NCBI GenBank assembly: GCA_964276515.1
Contig: OZ193909.1
Coordinates: forward strand, 21,328,001-21,392,000
Reading direction: 5' to 3'
Origin: Gordius albopunctatus
Lineage: Eukaryota
Length of the DNA: 64,000 nt
A program made the translations under genes and the position numbers. A model generated the notes under the pieces. It did no database searches, was not told where the DNA came from, and saw nothing but the letters and a program-made list of their open reading frames with translations. Positions 13,085 to 27,575 of this stretch are shown piece after piece (positions within the stretch are counted from its first letter, which is position 1; the number at the start of each line of letters is the position of its first letter).

Positions 13085-14180
13085 GATATAATAGGAGGAG
13101 ATGTGATAAATTCTTTAAATATTTTGGATATTGCAGACCCTTAGTAAAGTAAAGGATATTTGGCAAACATGGACGATATAATTAACCTAGCCATCTATAG
13201 GTGTAGCCAGGTCCCCCCTCTAAATCTAGAAATTCTTTAAAATTTTATTTAATTATGACTAGAATATTAAAAAATTATCAATATGCCCCTCCCACAATCA
13301 TTATCCTGCCTGGCTACGCCCAGAAAATAGTGTTTTTAAAAAGGATGAAGTGTGGTAGTTGTTAAGTTTAGTCAGGAGATGCTAAGAATCTTGTATTAAG
13401 GACACCTTGGAATGGTTGTTGAAATAAAGGGTTTGCCAGACCATAGTTCTTGCCAGCATTGAGATTAGAGGGGGGAACTAATGGTTTAGGGAGGGGCAAA
13501 ATGATCTTTTTCAAAATTTTAGCCTCATAATTTCCATAAATTTCAACAAATTTATGGATTTAGAGCACCTCCTTGGTTGCGCCTATGCGTCTGGTGGCCC
13601 ATCCAAAAATTGGTTAAGCAGTGTGGTAAGATGGATGCACTTATGCCTGATGTTTTAAATTTCATGAGTGCGCCTATATGCATTGATTTTTTTTGATTTA
13701 GATAAACAACGGTATATATATACATCTTAATTGTAGATGCGTTTTCCGGTTAAGCCGAAGTTATAAAGATGTTTAACGCATCTAGTCGAGTAAGAATGCC
13801 TATTTTAAAAAATTGATGCTAAATTATGGGTTTTCATAAATATAAGCTTTTTGTTTCATTAGAAATTTGGTTAGCGATGAATTTAAACAATTAATTGTTT
13901 TGTTTAATGTTGTAAACGCAAACCACTTATTTACATGTTATGTCATCGCCCGGCCAATTCTTTACATGTATTTATGGGCGAAGGGGAGGAGCGGATGCCC
14001 CCTTCTTAATCCATTTTGTTGAAATTTATTGAAATTATGACTAAAATTTATCAAAATGTTCATTTTGGCCGTCCCTGAATTTTAAAACATTTTATTTGCC
14101 CAATAAAGTAATGTAAAAAAGGGTATTATTTTTTGGTTTATTTCCCCCCACACCTCTACATTTAACATATAAAATTAAGC

Positions 14181-15385
14181 TTATTTTAACTCCACCATAT
14201 CAAAGATTAATCATTGTTTTCCCTCATCTGGTGCATTTTTACACCCAGAAGTTTTAAAGTCGTACGAAGGCTTTTTAAAAACTTTATTAGATAAAATTTT
14301 AAATTTAATACTAATAATTGGATTCAAGCATCCCTTCCAACCAATTCTGGAGGATTGGGAATTCGTCCTCCCGGCAGCATATCGTTAGCTGCTTTTATTT
14401 CATCTTTTAAGTCGGTCCAAAACTTAATTTTTAATCTCACAACACATGATTCCGACCCCCTGCTAACGCAAGCCTTAGAGCTTTGGAATTTGAATGTCAC
14501 ACCCGAGACCATTCAACCTAAAAGTACGAGACAAAAGGATTGGGATTCTGGACTAGTATCGCGCTCCGTTGATTACCTCTTATCGAGCAGCGATGATAGC
14601 CAGCAGCATTACAACCTTAGCTCCCTCGCTTTTGACGGTTCCGGTCACAAGTGGCTTGAAGCATATCCCAGCAAACTTTTGGGAATGCTGCTTGAAGACT
14701 TTGAGCTATCATATTCCATAGCTTTAAGGTTGGGGATCAGTTACAGCAGCGAATTCAATTGTTGAAACGTCAAAATTGTCTTACTGTTGTAGACGAATAT
14801 GCTAGGCACCCTCTACACTGCCTAGCAAACAAATATAAATAGGTTAGGCACACTAAAGCCAATTTATTACCAAAATCCCCTCAATCCTTGAGCCGTCCGA
14901 TCCCTCCCTTGAAGGTAGGATGCGCCCTGACGGCTCTTCTCTAGTCCCCTGGCAAAATGGCCTATCCCTCAAATGGGATTTTACTTGTATTCACCTTTTT
15001 GCCCCTTCCCATTTTAATTACGACCCTATCGCTACAGAAGAAGGGCGTAAAACTACAAAGTATTCTGCCCTTTTGGCATCCAATATTTTTATCCCTGTCG
15101 TTGCGACGTGCTCCGGTTCCTTTGGCAAACAGGCAATGGGTTTTTTTAAAGAAATCGGAAAACTCACCCCGAAATCTAAAATTTCTGCGTCCTTTTTACT
15201 CAGGCAACAACTAGGGATTCTAGTTGTACGACACAACTTTAAATCCTTTGCCGACTCATGGCCCATTGTAGAAGATAATGATATATAGTAGATCTTTGTA
15301 TTTAACCAATATGTCTTTATTTATCTTTGTATTTCGCTTATTTATGTAACTTTGTTTCGTGAAAATAAACTTTTTAACAAAAAAA
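14181..15385 (+). mobile_element. 5'-truncated, degenerate CRE-like non-LTR retrotransposon (RT C-terminus plus restriction-like endonuclease)
   Basis: GGLGIR...AAFISS, LRLG, a broken CCHC knuckle and RPDG...PW...WDFTC, ending in an A tail. Highly similar to the copy at 49003-50380 but with stops and indels. Confidence 0.85.
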
Positions 15386-15904
15386 GCTCTCACGGAGAGG
15401 TAGAAAGGTATGAAGAGGTTTTGTTTAAAAAAATGGTTGAATCTAGCTTAAGTAAGGAAGAAGACGACGTGGCTGTTTAAGCCATGTTTAAACTTGATCA
15501 CCATAAGTCACCACATTATCTTAATCGTGCTCCGATTAGCTATGTCTAAAATTCAGTAAGAAACCTAACTTTGCCCAGTATTGGTGTACCAGGTTTTAGG
15601 GTAAACCAAAGAGTTTGGTATCGCAACTATTTGGGCAAACCTAAATGATAAAATAAAGAAACTAAACGGGTATAACTTTGAAATTAGGCAGCTGTAATAA
15701 TTGAATGTGTTTATGCTATTCTTTAAAGTTTATTTCGATTTAGATGCCAATTAACAGAGCATGGTGCGGCGTGAAAATGGACGTCAGTAGAGCCCTGCAG
15801 ACTCACCTTTTTTCGACCCAATCCTCAACCCGAACCCGACCCACCCGAAAGCTCCTAAATTTTTTCAACCCGAACCCGACTCGATCCGAAAGCGTTTTAA
15901 ACCA

Positions 15905-16120
15905 AATGGGCATATACTAAGAATGGAGACGAATGGTGTATGTCTCGAAAAGTACTGGGCATGGAGGTACCGGGGATGAGAGAATAAGGACGACCCCGTG
16001 TCACGTGGAACGGGCAAGTGGATAAATTATGGGAAAAAAGAGATTGGCACTCACCCGGTCAAGATGGAAGACTTATTAAAAAAAGGCTTACGATTATGAA
16101 ACCAATTGGTAGAGAAGAAG
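15905..16120 (+). mobile_element. RTE LINE 3'-end remnant; duplicate at about 34393-34608
   Basis: Encodes WAYTK/GHILR...KVLGMEVPGMRE*GRPRVTW and matches the 18080-18555 fragment in the opposite orientation; gaagaag tail. Confidence 0.7.
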
Positions 16121-16636
16121 ATTAATTGTTGATTATTATAAGCAAGGGAAGTGTATTGCACTTCCCACTCAAAAGTATATAAATGTGTTATTTTATAACT
16201 TAACACCCATTTAGGCTAAAATAGGCACCTATATTTAATTTTTAATAACAATTAAGGTCAATTTTAATAATTTTTAGAGTGCACGGCTCAAATTTAATTA
16301 AAGAACCTCTGATATTTGGGGTTTTAAGCTTAATATTTATTTCAGGTCAATATCTTAATTAATTAAGTTACACTTAATAAAGGTATATAAAATTTTTGAG
16401 GCCACAGCTCTATACATAGGAATGAGTCTTTAGTAACTCCTTTATCATTTACAATGGCTAGCACTATATTGACTTTACAGGACTGATATTATATTCGACA
16501 GGCTTAACAAATATTTTTAGCATAACTTAAAATGTTGGTAACAAACACGGCCAAATTTTAGCTTACTACGTGTATAAGACAAATTTTGGTATAAAATCAT
16601 AAAATTTGTTTTCAATTGCTCACAAAAAATTTTATA

Positions 16637-19600
16637 ATGTTTGCATCGCTTCTCTTAGCTTTCCTTATTGTATTGGCTACGACGGTGATTCTATTGTTGA
16701 TGAGAACTTTCCAGCGCCTCAGAGATGCAAAACAAATTCAATACCCAAAATTACCTTCTTTAAGTAAATTTTATTTTTGTAATTAGTAAATAGAAAATAT
16801 ATTAAGCGCTTTATTACATTTAGAATCCTAAAAATAAGTTATTATTAATTGGTTTAAACGGTAGTTAAAGAAACTTAAAGCAAAAGTGATGTAAAATAGT
16901 TATATTGAAAGAGAAATAATTTTAGAAAGTATTCAATTTTAGTATCATGATTTCGATGATCAGATTTCTGAAGAAAAAGTCGATTAATTGCTGTGTTTAT
17001 AATGCTTACAATTTTTGTAAATGTTTTATTTTACTACACTACCCAACTTAATTTTAATTTGAAAAAGCAAGCGTTAGCATCATGGATGGAGGTAACTATC
17101 GAACAGTCTTATTAAAACAAAATCATCGCGCCGCGTAGCCATGGTAGAAATTAGAGGGGTCGCAATAATGATCACTTTTTGACAATCCCTTTTTAAGGAA
17201 TTTTAGATTTAGAGTGGGGGGGGGGCAGCCACCCCTTCTGCCACCCCCTGGAGACGCCTTTAAACATAATAATATTATTTAGAGGCGTTAAATCGAAATA
17301 TTGCTTCGGCTTCCAAAAATGTTATTGGATGCACGATAAATTGGCAAAATCTAATAATAGCATTAGCACTACTACTCATATCGTCAAAACATGTTTTTTG
17401 ACTTTCCTAATGTGTCCCCTCTGATCGATTGTTTTTCACCAAAAAAGATGACATTGATTATTTGGCCAAAAATTTTTATGATCAACTGGAACTATTTTTG
17501 TGCTTGTTTTGTATTGTTATTACCGGAGGGCAGGGGAGGTACAATACAAATTTAATAACGGTAAAACATAATAGGTATAGAAACTTATAAATCTAAATTT
17601 CAAAAAAATATAACATTAATTTAGAGGTGCTAGCTCTAATATTGTTGAGATATTCGCCTTTTGCTAAGTAATTTAATATCTTTATCTTTTAATTATTAGA
17701 TTTTTATTTTTGAATGTCAGAAATGGTTGAAATATCGGAATACAAAGTTCAGTTTTCACTAATTATAAATTACTAGAAATAACAAAAAAATTTATAAACG
17801 CATATCGACAAGGTACTAATTGTAACTCAAGTTTTTATGTAATATATTTAAGGACTAATTAATAAAAAATTTTATAAAAAAAGTAGCCCTCATTTATATT
17901 TATAATTCAGCAAATACTTTATAATTTCCTAAATCACAGGGTAAAAGGTAAAAACATAAATGGCGTTGACTTTGTTGTTAATGAATTTAGATGGCTAATT
18001 TTTATTACTGGTTGATTCATTTATTTGTCTTTTGATGTAAAAAGCGGATTTTAATCTTTTAAATGACATTTTTATAATTTCACTCTTCATCATGTATTTG
18101 GTCGCACAGTCGTGAGATTTGTTTTGATGAGTTTCTCCCATCTTGATCGGGTAAGGGGCCCATGTCCTGATTCATCTTCTTAGTTTTTGTGTCTTTATCC
18201 ACTTGCCCTTTCCACGTGACACGGGGTCGTCCTCTTCCTCTCTTCCCCGGTACCTCTATGTCCAGTACTTTTCGATTTACGTCATCCGTGTCCCTGCTTA
18301 GTATATGCCCATCATTCCACCTTGGCCGATTTTTGTTAATCATGTCCGCCATAGATTGAATACCCATTTTTGCTCAGGGACAGTCATTCGTCATACGGTC
18401 GAGCTTAGTATAGCCCAAGCTCCACCCTATCATTCTCATCTTCGTGCCTTGTAATAACTTTTCACCCATGGCGTTTAGTGCCCGTGTTTCACAGTTATAA
18501 AGTAAGACCGGTCTTACGATGGATGATTTGTAAGCTTTGCTCTTCAACCATATAAGCTTGGGTGTAGCCAGCATTGGGATTAGAAGCGGCAATAATGATT
18601 TACATAAGAAGGGTAGATAATCATTTTTTCAAATTTTACCCATTATTTTAATAAATTTCACCAAATTTTTAGATTTAGAGGGGGCAGTCGCCCCTCCCTG
18701 CCCCATTGGCTACGCCCATGCATATAGGCATTAAAAAACACCTACTAATTCTGTTTTACATCTTGAAAATTTGTTGTAGATATAGATGAAGATTTGGTAG
18801 CAGAGCACCTCAGTCGTGCTGTGCAATTCAAAACTGTATCTTTCGGTGAAAATGAGTTCGATCAAAATGAAATGGCTGCACTCGTTAAGTATATTGAAAA
18901 AGGTTTAATAATAATTAATTTTATAAATAAATTGCTTATTTTATGATAAATTGTCTTCTTGATTATTAAATAGACTATAAATGAATCGTTTTTATATTAT
19001 AAATGACTTTCGAAAACATAGTAAAAATTCGAAACATTTTTATTCTTTATAAAATCAAAGTTGTAAATATTGTCTTTTGAATATTTTTATAGTTTTCCCA
19101 GGAGTTTATTCTTGTTCTTGGATCCAAAAAAGGGTTGTTAATAAGTATAGCCTGTTGTTCAAATGCGTAAGTTCGAACGAAGAAAAAAACATTTCAACAG
19201 GTTTACATCATAAAGTGTTTTGTTATTTTGTTAATAATATATAAACAACTAAATAAATAAATAAATAAATATATATATATACTAATACTAACCTTATTTT
19301 ATAGATTCCAATTTTTATTACTTTTTACTCTGTCAGAATTTATCATTCAATTTTGGATAAGTCAATCGGGAGCGCAGTCAGCACTGGAATTAGAGGAGAA
19401 GGGCAATAATGATTTAGGGAGGGGCAAAATAATCATTTTGAAATTTTAGGCATATTTTTAGAAGGGGGCAGTGCCCCCCCCCCACTGCCCCTTGGCAACG
19501 CCTATGATAGAAATTATCAATAAAATAACTGATTTTTAAAATGTATTGTATGCTAGGAGGATGTAGTTTGCCTTGGATGTTGATCGGGCATTTAGATGTA

Positions 19601-20014
19601 GTACCTGTAGGGGATCATGATGTTACCCATTGGTCTAGACCTCCGTTCTCGGGAGACATAATAACTATGGAATCTCGTCAAAAATATATATATGGTAGAG
19701 GATCTCTCGACGCAAAAGATATAGTTTTTGCGACATTAGAAGCCTTGGAATTAGCGATAAAAAATGGACAAAGACCGAAACGCAAGTCATTTTACCTCGT
19801 TTTTGGGCATGACGAAGAGACGGGTGGTTTACACGGAGCACAAAAAGTTGCTAAATGCTTGAAAGACGAGCTCCTGCTAAAAGGAGGAACCTCCACGCTT
19901 TCCAATGGACATATGGAGTCTGGGCTCGACACCGGAAAACCGCTAGATTTTATACTGGACGAAGGATTCAATATATTTGACGATTTATTGACCGGGCAAA
20001 ACTTGGGATTGTAA
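16637..20014 (+). pseudogene. PM20D1: 3'-truncated PM20D1-like copy (exons 16637-16763, 18780-18902, 19093-19200, 19557-20010)
   Basis: Same four exons as the intact gene. Reading through the exon-4 donor gives TTG TAA (stop 20012-20014), a potential 271-aa product without the dimerization domain or the C-terminal His ligand. Confidence 0.85.
18080..18556 (-). mobile_element. RTE LINE 3' fragment in PM20D1 intron 1 (also 1-68 and 36568-37044)
   Basis: YKSSIVRPVLLYNCET...MRMIGWSLG and R.RW.GHILSRD...VPGKRGRGRPRVTW are typical of the RTE ORF C-terminus; frameshifted. Confidence 0.85.
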
Positions 20015-22406
20015 TTAATATTTAACAATTTTTTAACAACTTTTTGCAATATCTCCTCTCCTGTCTTGTGTCTATTGGACCTAAGTCACTTTGAAAAATA
20101 GACTAGAGGCCAGCATGACCCCTAGGGTTCGGGTTAAAAAATTTTTAAATGCTTTGGCGTCGCTTCCGGTTTAAAAATTTGAAAAATTTTCGTGTCCAGT
20201 TGGGTTTAGGTAGAAAAAAGTGACTTTGTAGACCTCTAGTTTACACTCAATCTGAAGTCATCACTTGATTGTTGTATATCGGCTCGTTTTTGAAATTTTA
20301 CAATATTATTAAAATACTATTATCAATCAGGGTCTAAATAGGGTGAGGTAATAAAACCCATTTTCCCTAATTTTATGGCTATTTTATAAAAGTTTGTTTG
20401 CGCTTTTAATCTTACATTCTTTTGATGAGTTAAGAAAATCAGTCGGTAGTTTGCATGTTGTCCTGTGCATACCCATGGGCGTAGCTAAGGGGGGGGGGCA
20501 GAAAGGGGCGGCAGTCCCCCCTATAAATCCAAATATTTGTTAAATTTATGAAAATTATGGCTAAAATTTCGAAAAATTAACATTTTTCCCCTCCCTATAT
20601 AATTATTGTCCCCCTCTAATCACAATGCAGACTACGCCCGCGTGCATACCTCTAATGTAACATCCGGTTATTATTGATTATGGACTTTAAATCTAAAGAT
20701 CTTTTCAACTGCATTAAGGGGCCAAATTAGAATGTTTAATTCAGACAGTAAAATGTTCTTGAGTTTATGACATATTGAATTTATAGTTTTGTTGATTCGA
20801 ACTAAAAACGCGTTAAAAATCGATAACATTTGAAAAATGATTTCCCATCCATGCATTCTTTCAAATTTTTAAGGGATGTCTGTAAAGAAATAATTACTAT
20901 AGTCCTAAATTACCTAAAGCTCATATTATACACCGAATTACATTAAATTTTGTTGTTTTATAGCTATAGTTATGTTATTTCAAAATATTAGTATATTTAA
21001 ATATTTAATGGAGATAAACGGTTGAAAACATAAAATCTTTAAAAGAGGGGGAAATTTGCTTAAATTTCTGGTTATCAGTTTTAAGCTTCAACTTTAATTT
21101 TCATTTTCCTTATACAACAACTTAGGGCCATTATATTAAAGATTTATTTTAGAATATTGCTTATAGCTCGTGCGTGTTAGACAGACACTCTTTCTCATCA
21201 ACCCTTAAAGGTATTCATAAAATTTAACTAGTTTAAAAATTAAAATATTTACAAGGATTATTTTTTGATATAGGAGAAAGAATAGAGAAGAGGGGGGAAA
21301 TAATTACTGATGGAGAGAGCTTAATTAACTTACATTTATATAAATCACGTCTTTAAATGGTGAGCTTAATATTTAATTAACGAATTCCACAAAAGTCGCG
21401 AGCTAGGTTCTAATGTCCGTTAAAAGTTTAACTCTTATATTTTTCATTTCCCTCACACTACTATTATATCAATCTTTTAATGTTTTCTCTTTGTTATAAT
21501 TTTTTGTGTTTTTATGAATTTGGGATGGCTAAGTAGATTTCAATTAAATATACATTTGTACACATGATTGTTACAAGTTTACAATATTACTTGTTACTTT
21601 AGTAAATATATGATAGCGATAATCCTTGTTTATTTTCTTAGTGTAGCTTATAATGATTTATAATAATCACCATAAACAAGTACCAATGATTCACAATGTT
21701 TATATAATAACATATTCAAAAATGTTAATCAAAAGGCACACTAACAGTAAATAACAATAAATTTAAATACACATTTATAGTAAAGAAGAATAAAAAAAAA
21801 TTTGAAGTACATGTAAACGAGATTTTTATCAAATTATAATAATGTAGACATACACCTGAGATATACTTTTATTCCAAATATTAACAAAATTGTGACATCC
21901 AACCCTTTTTATGGTCATTCGTCGTCGTCATTGAGTATGGATAAATCTCTGTTACAACAGGCATAGACTAAATAGACTGTTCATCAACTTTAAATAAGTG
22001 TACCCTTTTCCGCCATTTTGAAATGTGCACAAAAAAGGAAGGACATATATAGCTTATAGTAATTATGGTTGTTAATAAAAGTGTTTTTAAAACGTAATAA
22101 AATAATCTTGCTTGATCTAGTTAAATATTACAAACATATTGTAATATATATATATATATATATATCATGTATAAAATTTGTATTAACAATGGGGTACAGT
22201 GCAGAAAGACATGGAAGATAGTTAAATTCGAAATGGCAGATTTAAGGGTAAACTTTTACTATATCAAACATATGACATGAGCAGTCTATTTATTCAATGG
22301 TTACAGAGTAATGTAAGATAGTAACTTTTAATGATTAAGTTAGTTTGAGGAGCCAGATTATTTGCTTATCGATGCCTGCTTTGGTTTAAAAAACGCGTCA
22401 CTTCGA

Positions 22407-25400
22407 CTAACCTTTCTTAAGGATTAGTCTCAAATTAACATTTTTATGTACGTGATTCCAATTTTTCTTCACCCTTTTTTCTACCAACATGGCTTCAAAG
22501 ATCTTTTCGGAATAAAAATGAAGAACAAAATTGGGTATGGAATCAATATTTTCCAAAATATCCGTGATTGATACAAATGAAAGGACCCATTCGGGTGCGA
22601 GTAAATGAGCGGAGTGATGTACCAATGAGTGTTGAATTGTGAGAGCTATCACTTTGGGTCCCAAACAGATCAGGTGCAAAAAAGCCAGCGATATTGACAT
22701 CACCATATATAATTTTAACTTACGCATCTTGGAATTCGAAAATGTTCCATTTCCCTCTATTGATAAATTTTACCATAATACACAGTGAAACAAAAAAAAA
22801 CTTTCTAAATAGATTTTAATGCTTTTGGTCTTATATATGAAAGCTTATAGATATGACTTTATATAGCTTACAAATCTATAGACGAATTCATTAAGTTTTT
22901 TTCTTATTCTCAATATTTATTATGGCCAAAAAGGCATCCTTATATTATCTGGTATCCCACAGGACAGGAAGCACACCTAAAACATCCTTCTCTTTTCAAG
23001 ACAATACCTTTTTATCATTTCATCCATCCTTTTACATTCTTCCCTTTTATTCCAAATCAAGCATATTAATCGAAACAAACCTCAATGTTAATAAGGTTAA
23101 GGACGGGCCCATTCTAAAAGAACTAGAGGAGTTCTGCAAATGGGTCTGCTGCTTGGGGTTTGTGATAAATCGCGAAAAACAATTCGCATCTAGTGTTGTA
23201 AAAACCGCTGGGTTTTGTTTGGTCGGCTTTTGGTTTAACTAAGACTAACGCTCGACTCTGGCACTCTTTTCAAATTTCGACTAAGCCGGGAGCTCTACTA
23301 ATCATAAACAGACCAACCGAAAAACCTTTGGTCCGTTTATGATTAGTCGATTAAAAGCAAAGGCCGACCGAACGAAAACTAGCTGTTTTTACAACACTAT
23401 TCGCATCTATGGTGGAAAGGTAAACGTCAGCTCTTGGCAAGGTCAAGATTAGAATGGAACTCAAAGACGAGAAAGGCTTAACATCACGTTTAGGGAAAGA
23501 GGTTTTATTAAGTGTCAAACTAGTTTTAAAAGGCAATCAAAATTTTATGCTATCGTTATAGAAAATATTACTATGGATATATAAGGTATGTAGAAACTAT
23601 GAAAGGGACAACAAAAGATTCAACCAATGCAAGCAATTGCAAAAAAAGGACCTAGATCTTCAGTAAGTCACACAGTTAGCCGAAGCTTTAGTAAATCAAA
23701 TGAAATTAATAAGAAACAATGTTGATGAAGAGTTTCGGGAAATTTTTTAGTAGCCGAAGCTAAGGCTAAGTTGTATGATTTTGACCTTAAGAAACCTCGA
23801 TATGCAAAGAAACAAACTTGCCGAAGTAATATTTTAACTGAATCCATTGAGGATTATTACAAAATCACTATTTTTATACCTTTGCTCGATATGTTTATTA
23901 TACAACTCAATGAACGGTTCGTGGACAAGAAAGAAGTTTTGGCAGAAAATTTCCAAATATTATTTCCTTCAAATTCTTCGATTGTTTCGTCAGAAACGGG
24001 GATGAAAATAAACTTTCTATGGGACTTTTATTACAATGATCTTAAGGGGACAAACGAAGAGCTAAAATCAGAATTTGATAGTATATGGTTTATGGCATTG
24101 TCTCAGACGTCAGAAGGATTTCGTCCAAAGAATCCCTTGGACGCCGCCCTATCAGGTGTTATAAAATATTGGAATCTTTACCCAACATCACAACTCTTCT
24201 TTACCTATTAGCTTGTCTTCCTATCATCATCACTACATGCACCAATGAAAGAAGTTTCTCAACGTTAAGGAGGCTTAAAACGTATGTAAGAAATACTATG
24301 TCGAAAGATAGATTAAATGGATTGGCCCTTTTAGCGATTCATCGGGAATTAGCTCCCACTCCAGCCAGATGAAGAAGTTCTTGAGATATCTTTGCTGGGA
24401 AAAAGAAAATATAAAATTATTTTATAATGACTTTCTTTATTTAATTTTAATGTTGAAATAAAAATGGTATAAAAAGGGCCAATCCATTTCATCTATTTTT
24501 TTACATAGTATTTCTTATATAAAAGCTAATAGGTAAGGAAGAGTTTTGATGTTGGGTAAAGATTACAATATTTTATAACACCTGATAGGGTGTCCAAGGG
24601 ATTCTTTGGACGAAATCCTTCTATAATTTATTTTCATTCGCGTTTCTGCCAAAACAATCAAAGAATTCAGAGGTACTATTATTTAAAAATTTGCCAAAAC
24701 TTGTTTCTTGTCCAAAAACCGATCATTTTCTTTGCATATCGAGGTTTCTTAAGTTCAAAATTGTAGAGAGGTAATAGGAGTGCGAAGTGCCTCCGGGAAT
24801 ACGTTATTTACCTGTGTGTTGTCAATCAAATTATTATCATTATTAGTTGTAACTTATATATGTGTTTGATATACACGTCTCACTCACTTACTATTTTCTT
24901 ACTATTGTGATATCCGTGCGTAACGTGTTTTGGAGATTATTCCCCGCTCTTAACAAAAATCATACAACTTAGCCTTAGGTTCGACTACTATTACTAAAGT
25001 TTCTGCTGACTGTCTAACTTGCTGAAGATCTAGGTGCTTTAAAGTTGCAGCTTCTGTTGCAACATCTTCAATTTCTCCTTATTTGGTTTATCTTCCATTT
25101 TTGACAACATTTCAACTCATATTTCTGGCTCTATCATATCCCTGGCCTCTTAAAAAATTTATATTTATATTGAGATCTTTTATGCTCTTTATAATTAAGT
25201 CGCCTAGCCCTCTTCCAGTCGTACAAACTGTAAAAAATCTTCTTTTATTGTTAATCTAGAAGAGTCAATATATCAAGCACACCAATTCGGTCATTACAAA
25301 TTGATATAACATCATTTTGAAAGTGAGGACTTAAGTAGTAGCACGGTACCTTACCTTAAAAGAGCTCTAAAATTGCCATCACCAGGTGAAGCTGGGAAAA

Positions 25401-27575
25401 AGAAAATATTAAATCATTTATAATGACTTTCTTTATTTTTTATACCAGATTTTATAATTTTGATGTTGAAATAAAAATGTTATAAACAATTTTTGGAAAT
25501 CCCCCCCCCCTCCCCTCGGAGAGAAAATCCTGGCTACGTGCCTGGGTTCAACCATTACACTAAAGTCTTTTGTGGTTGAAGTCACTTTGTATTTAATAAA
25601 GCAATGAATGGGGTTTACAGGATTTGAGCTAGAAAGCATTAGGGAGATTGATGTTTGTTATAGGTTGTCAAGGATTGGACATTATGTGAAAGTTGGGTTA
25701 AAGCTTTTAGATAAAATGGTTTCAATCTAAATCGAACTAAAACAAATTATATACAAACATCTTTAAATCGTATGGATTAGAGTCTAGAGTCTTTCTAATA
25801 TATATAATTTATTATGCTATGGCATGAAACTTGGTCTGAACAAACTTTCGGAAGCCAAATAAGTTTTTGGAAAACATGCGTGATCAATAATGAACAAAAA
25901 ATAATTTTTACTAGCATTATTTTCCAAGTTAATAGTTGATATAGCATCGACGTCGTGTTGACCATTAGGTTGGCGCCCATTATTCAACTTATCGTACAAT
26001 TCGCTGTGATGCTTTCTAGCTATGCCATAGCTCACGAAATTGATGGAGACCACAAGTATGGAAGGTATGATGTACAATATTGCTACTAGGAAAAACGAGA
26101 TCACCTGATACCAGTTTGTATGTGAGATGGTAGAATATTCAACTAATTGATACTGCTCTCCACCCGTTCCATCTAATTAATGTGTAATGAACATCATTGG
26201 ATTATATATATAATGAAATCAAATTTCTCATGTCTTACATATGTGACATAAAACGAACATTAGGTTCCGCTAAATGTCATTGATTATTCACAATAAGCGT
26301 TGCTTATGTTATTATGCTCTAATGAATTAAGGACTAATGTATCTTACAAAATATATAAGTTTATTGTTTTTAGAAAGAGGGGAATCAGATTTTTGGTGAT
26401 TTATATATAACACTAGATGAACCCGGCAAACGTTGTTTTGCCATTTACCCGGTTTTATTAAATTATGTTGGAATTTTAGGGCATATATGATGATAAAGAG
26501 GTTATTGAAGTAAAAATAAAGTTTGATGTCGTCTATATGTTCTACTTCTATTGTTCTATTTCCGTATACAGTGCAACGCGTACGAATACTCGAAAACTAC
26601 TGCACCGATTTGGCTCGAAAAAATCTTAAAACATGCTCCCGAGTGTAGGCAGGAACAAACTGTGAAATTTTGAGCCAAATCGGTCTGGTAGTTTTCCAAA
26701 ATTGGTGGCGGCATACACACACATACATGCATAGTTTCATTTTTATATATATAACATATATAAAATAATTAATCTTCCCTTTCTTTTCATATTGAAAGTG
26801 CATCAACTCTTGAGATAGTAACTAGCAATTTAGAAACTAAAGTGACGACTTAAACAATAGACTGACTACACGATTTAATGAGCCCATAAAAATTTTCATC
26901 ACAAAAATTGCTTGTCTATCAAATTAAGATTCCCTTTTGACTATCCTAAAATTTATCAGGGGTTTATACATAATATTAACTAATCATTAGATGGTTGCCA
27001 GTCTAACTAAACTCACTCTTGATAACGCGATCACCGAGATCTACGCTATATTCCAAGGCAAAGGGTATGTTTATGAGGGCGTAGATGATGTAGGAGCCAA
27101 CGAAAAACCAATTAACCACGGTAGCGCTTATAAAGTTGTAGATTTCTTTATTGAGAAGTATCATGAGAAATAGGTTAACGCATAGAATAAGGGAATGGAA
27201 CAAAATGACAGTACTAAATACGTGGATGAGATAACTGTTGATGTGATAGAGAAAGTAAATCCAAATTTTATAATTCCTACTGACTGAACCATATCCTACC
27301 CCCATTTTGAGTCGAAGGAACATATTAATGCGGTGGGAATACTTGAAAAGTATGAAGAGATTACACAGCACATCTCCGAAGCATAGCCAATGCAAAATAA
27401 CGTGTATTTGGTTACGGAAATTAGCTCGTTCGAATTGACAAATTAAGTAGACGCAGTAAAGAATACTGAAGACGCTAGCTACCACGTTGCCTATATTTTC
27501 AAAGTAAAAAACTGCTAAGGTTGATTTGGATTTGGGGTACAGTTCATCTATAAGGTAAAATCTCCTGACCTCCAT
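22407..27575 (-). CDS. Second copy of the 7-TM GPCR (exons 27575-27017, 26172-25912, 22756-22407)
   Basis: Duplicate at +18,488 with identical ORF translations. Confidence 0.8.

Noticed and set aside
15590..15650. QRVWYRNYLGKPK* resembling a Gypsy integrase C-terminal segment
   Set aside because: Too short to support an element call without a database search.
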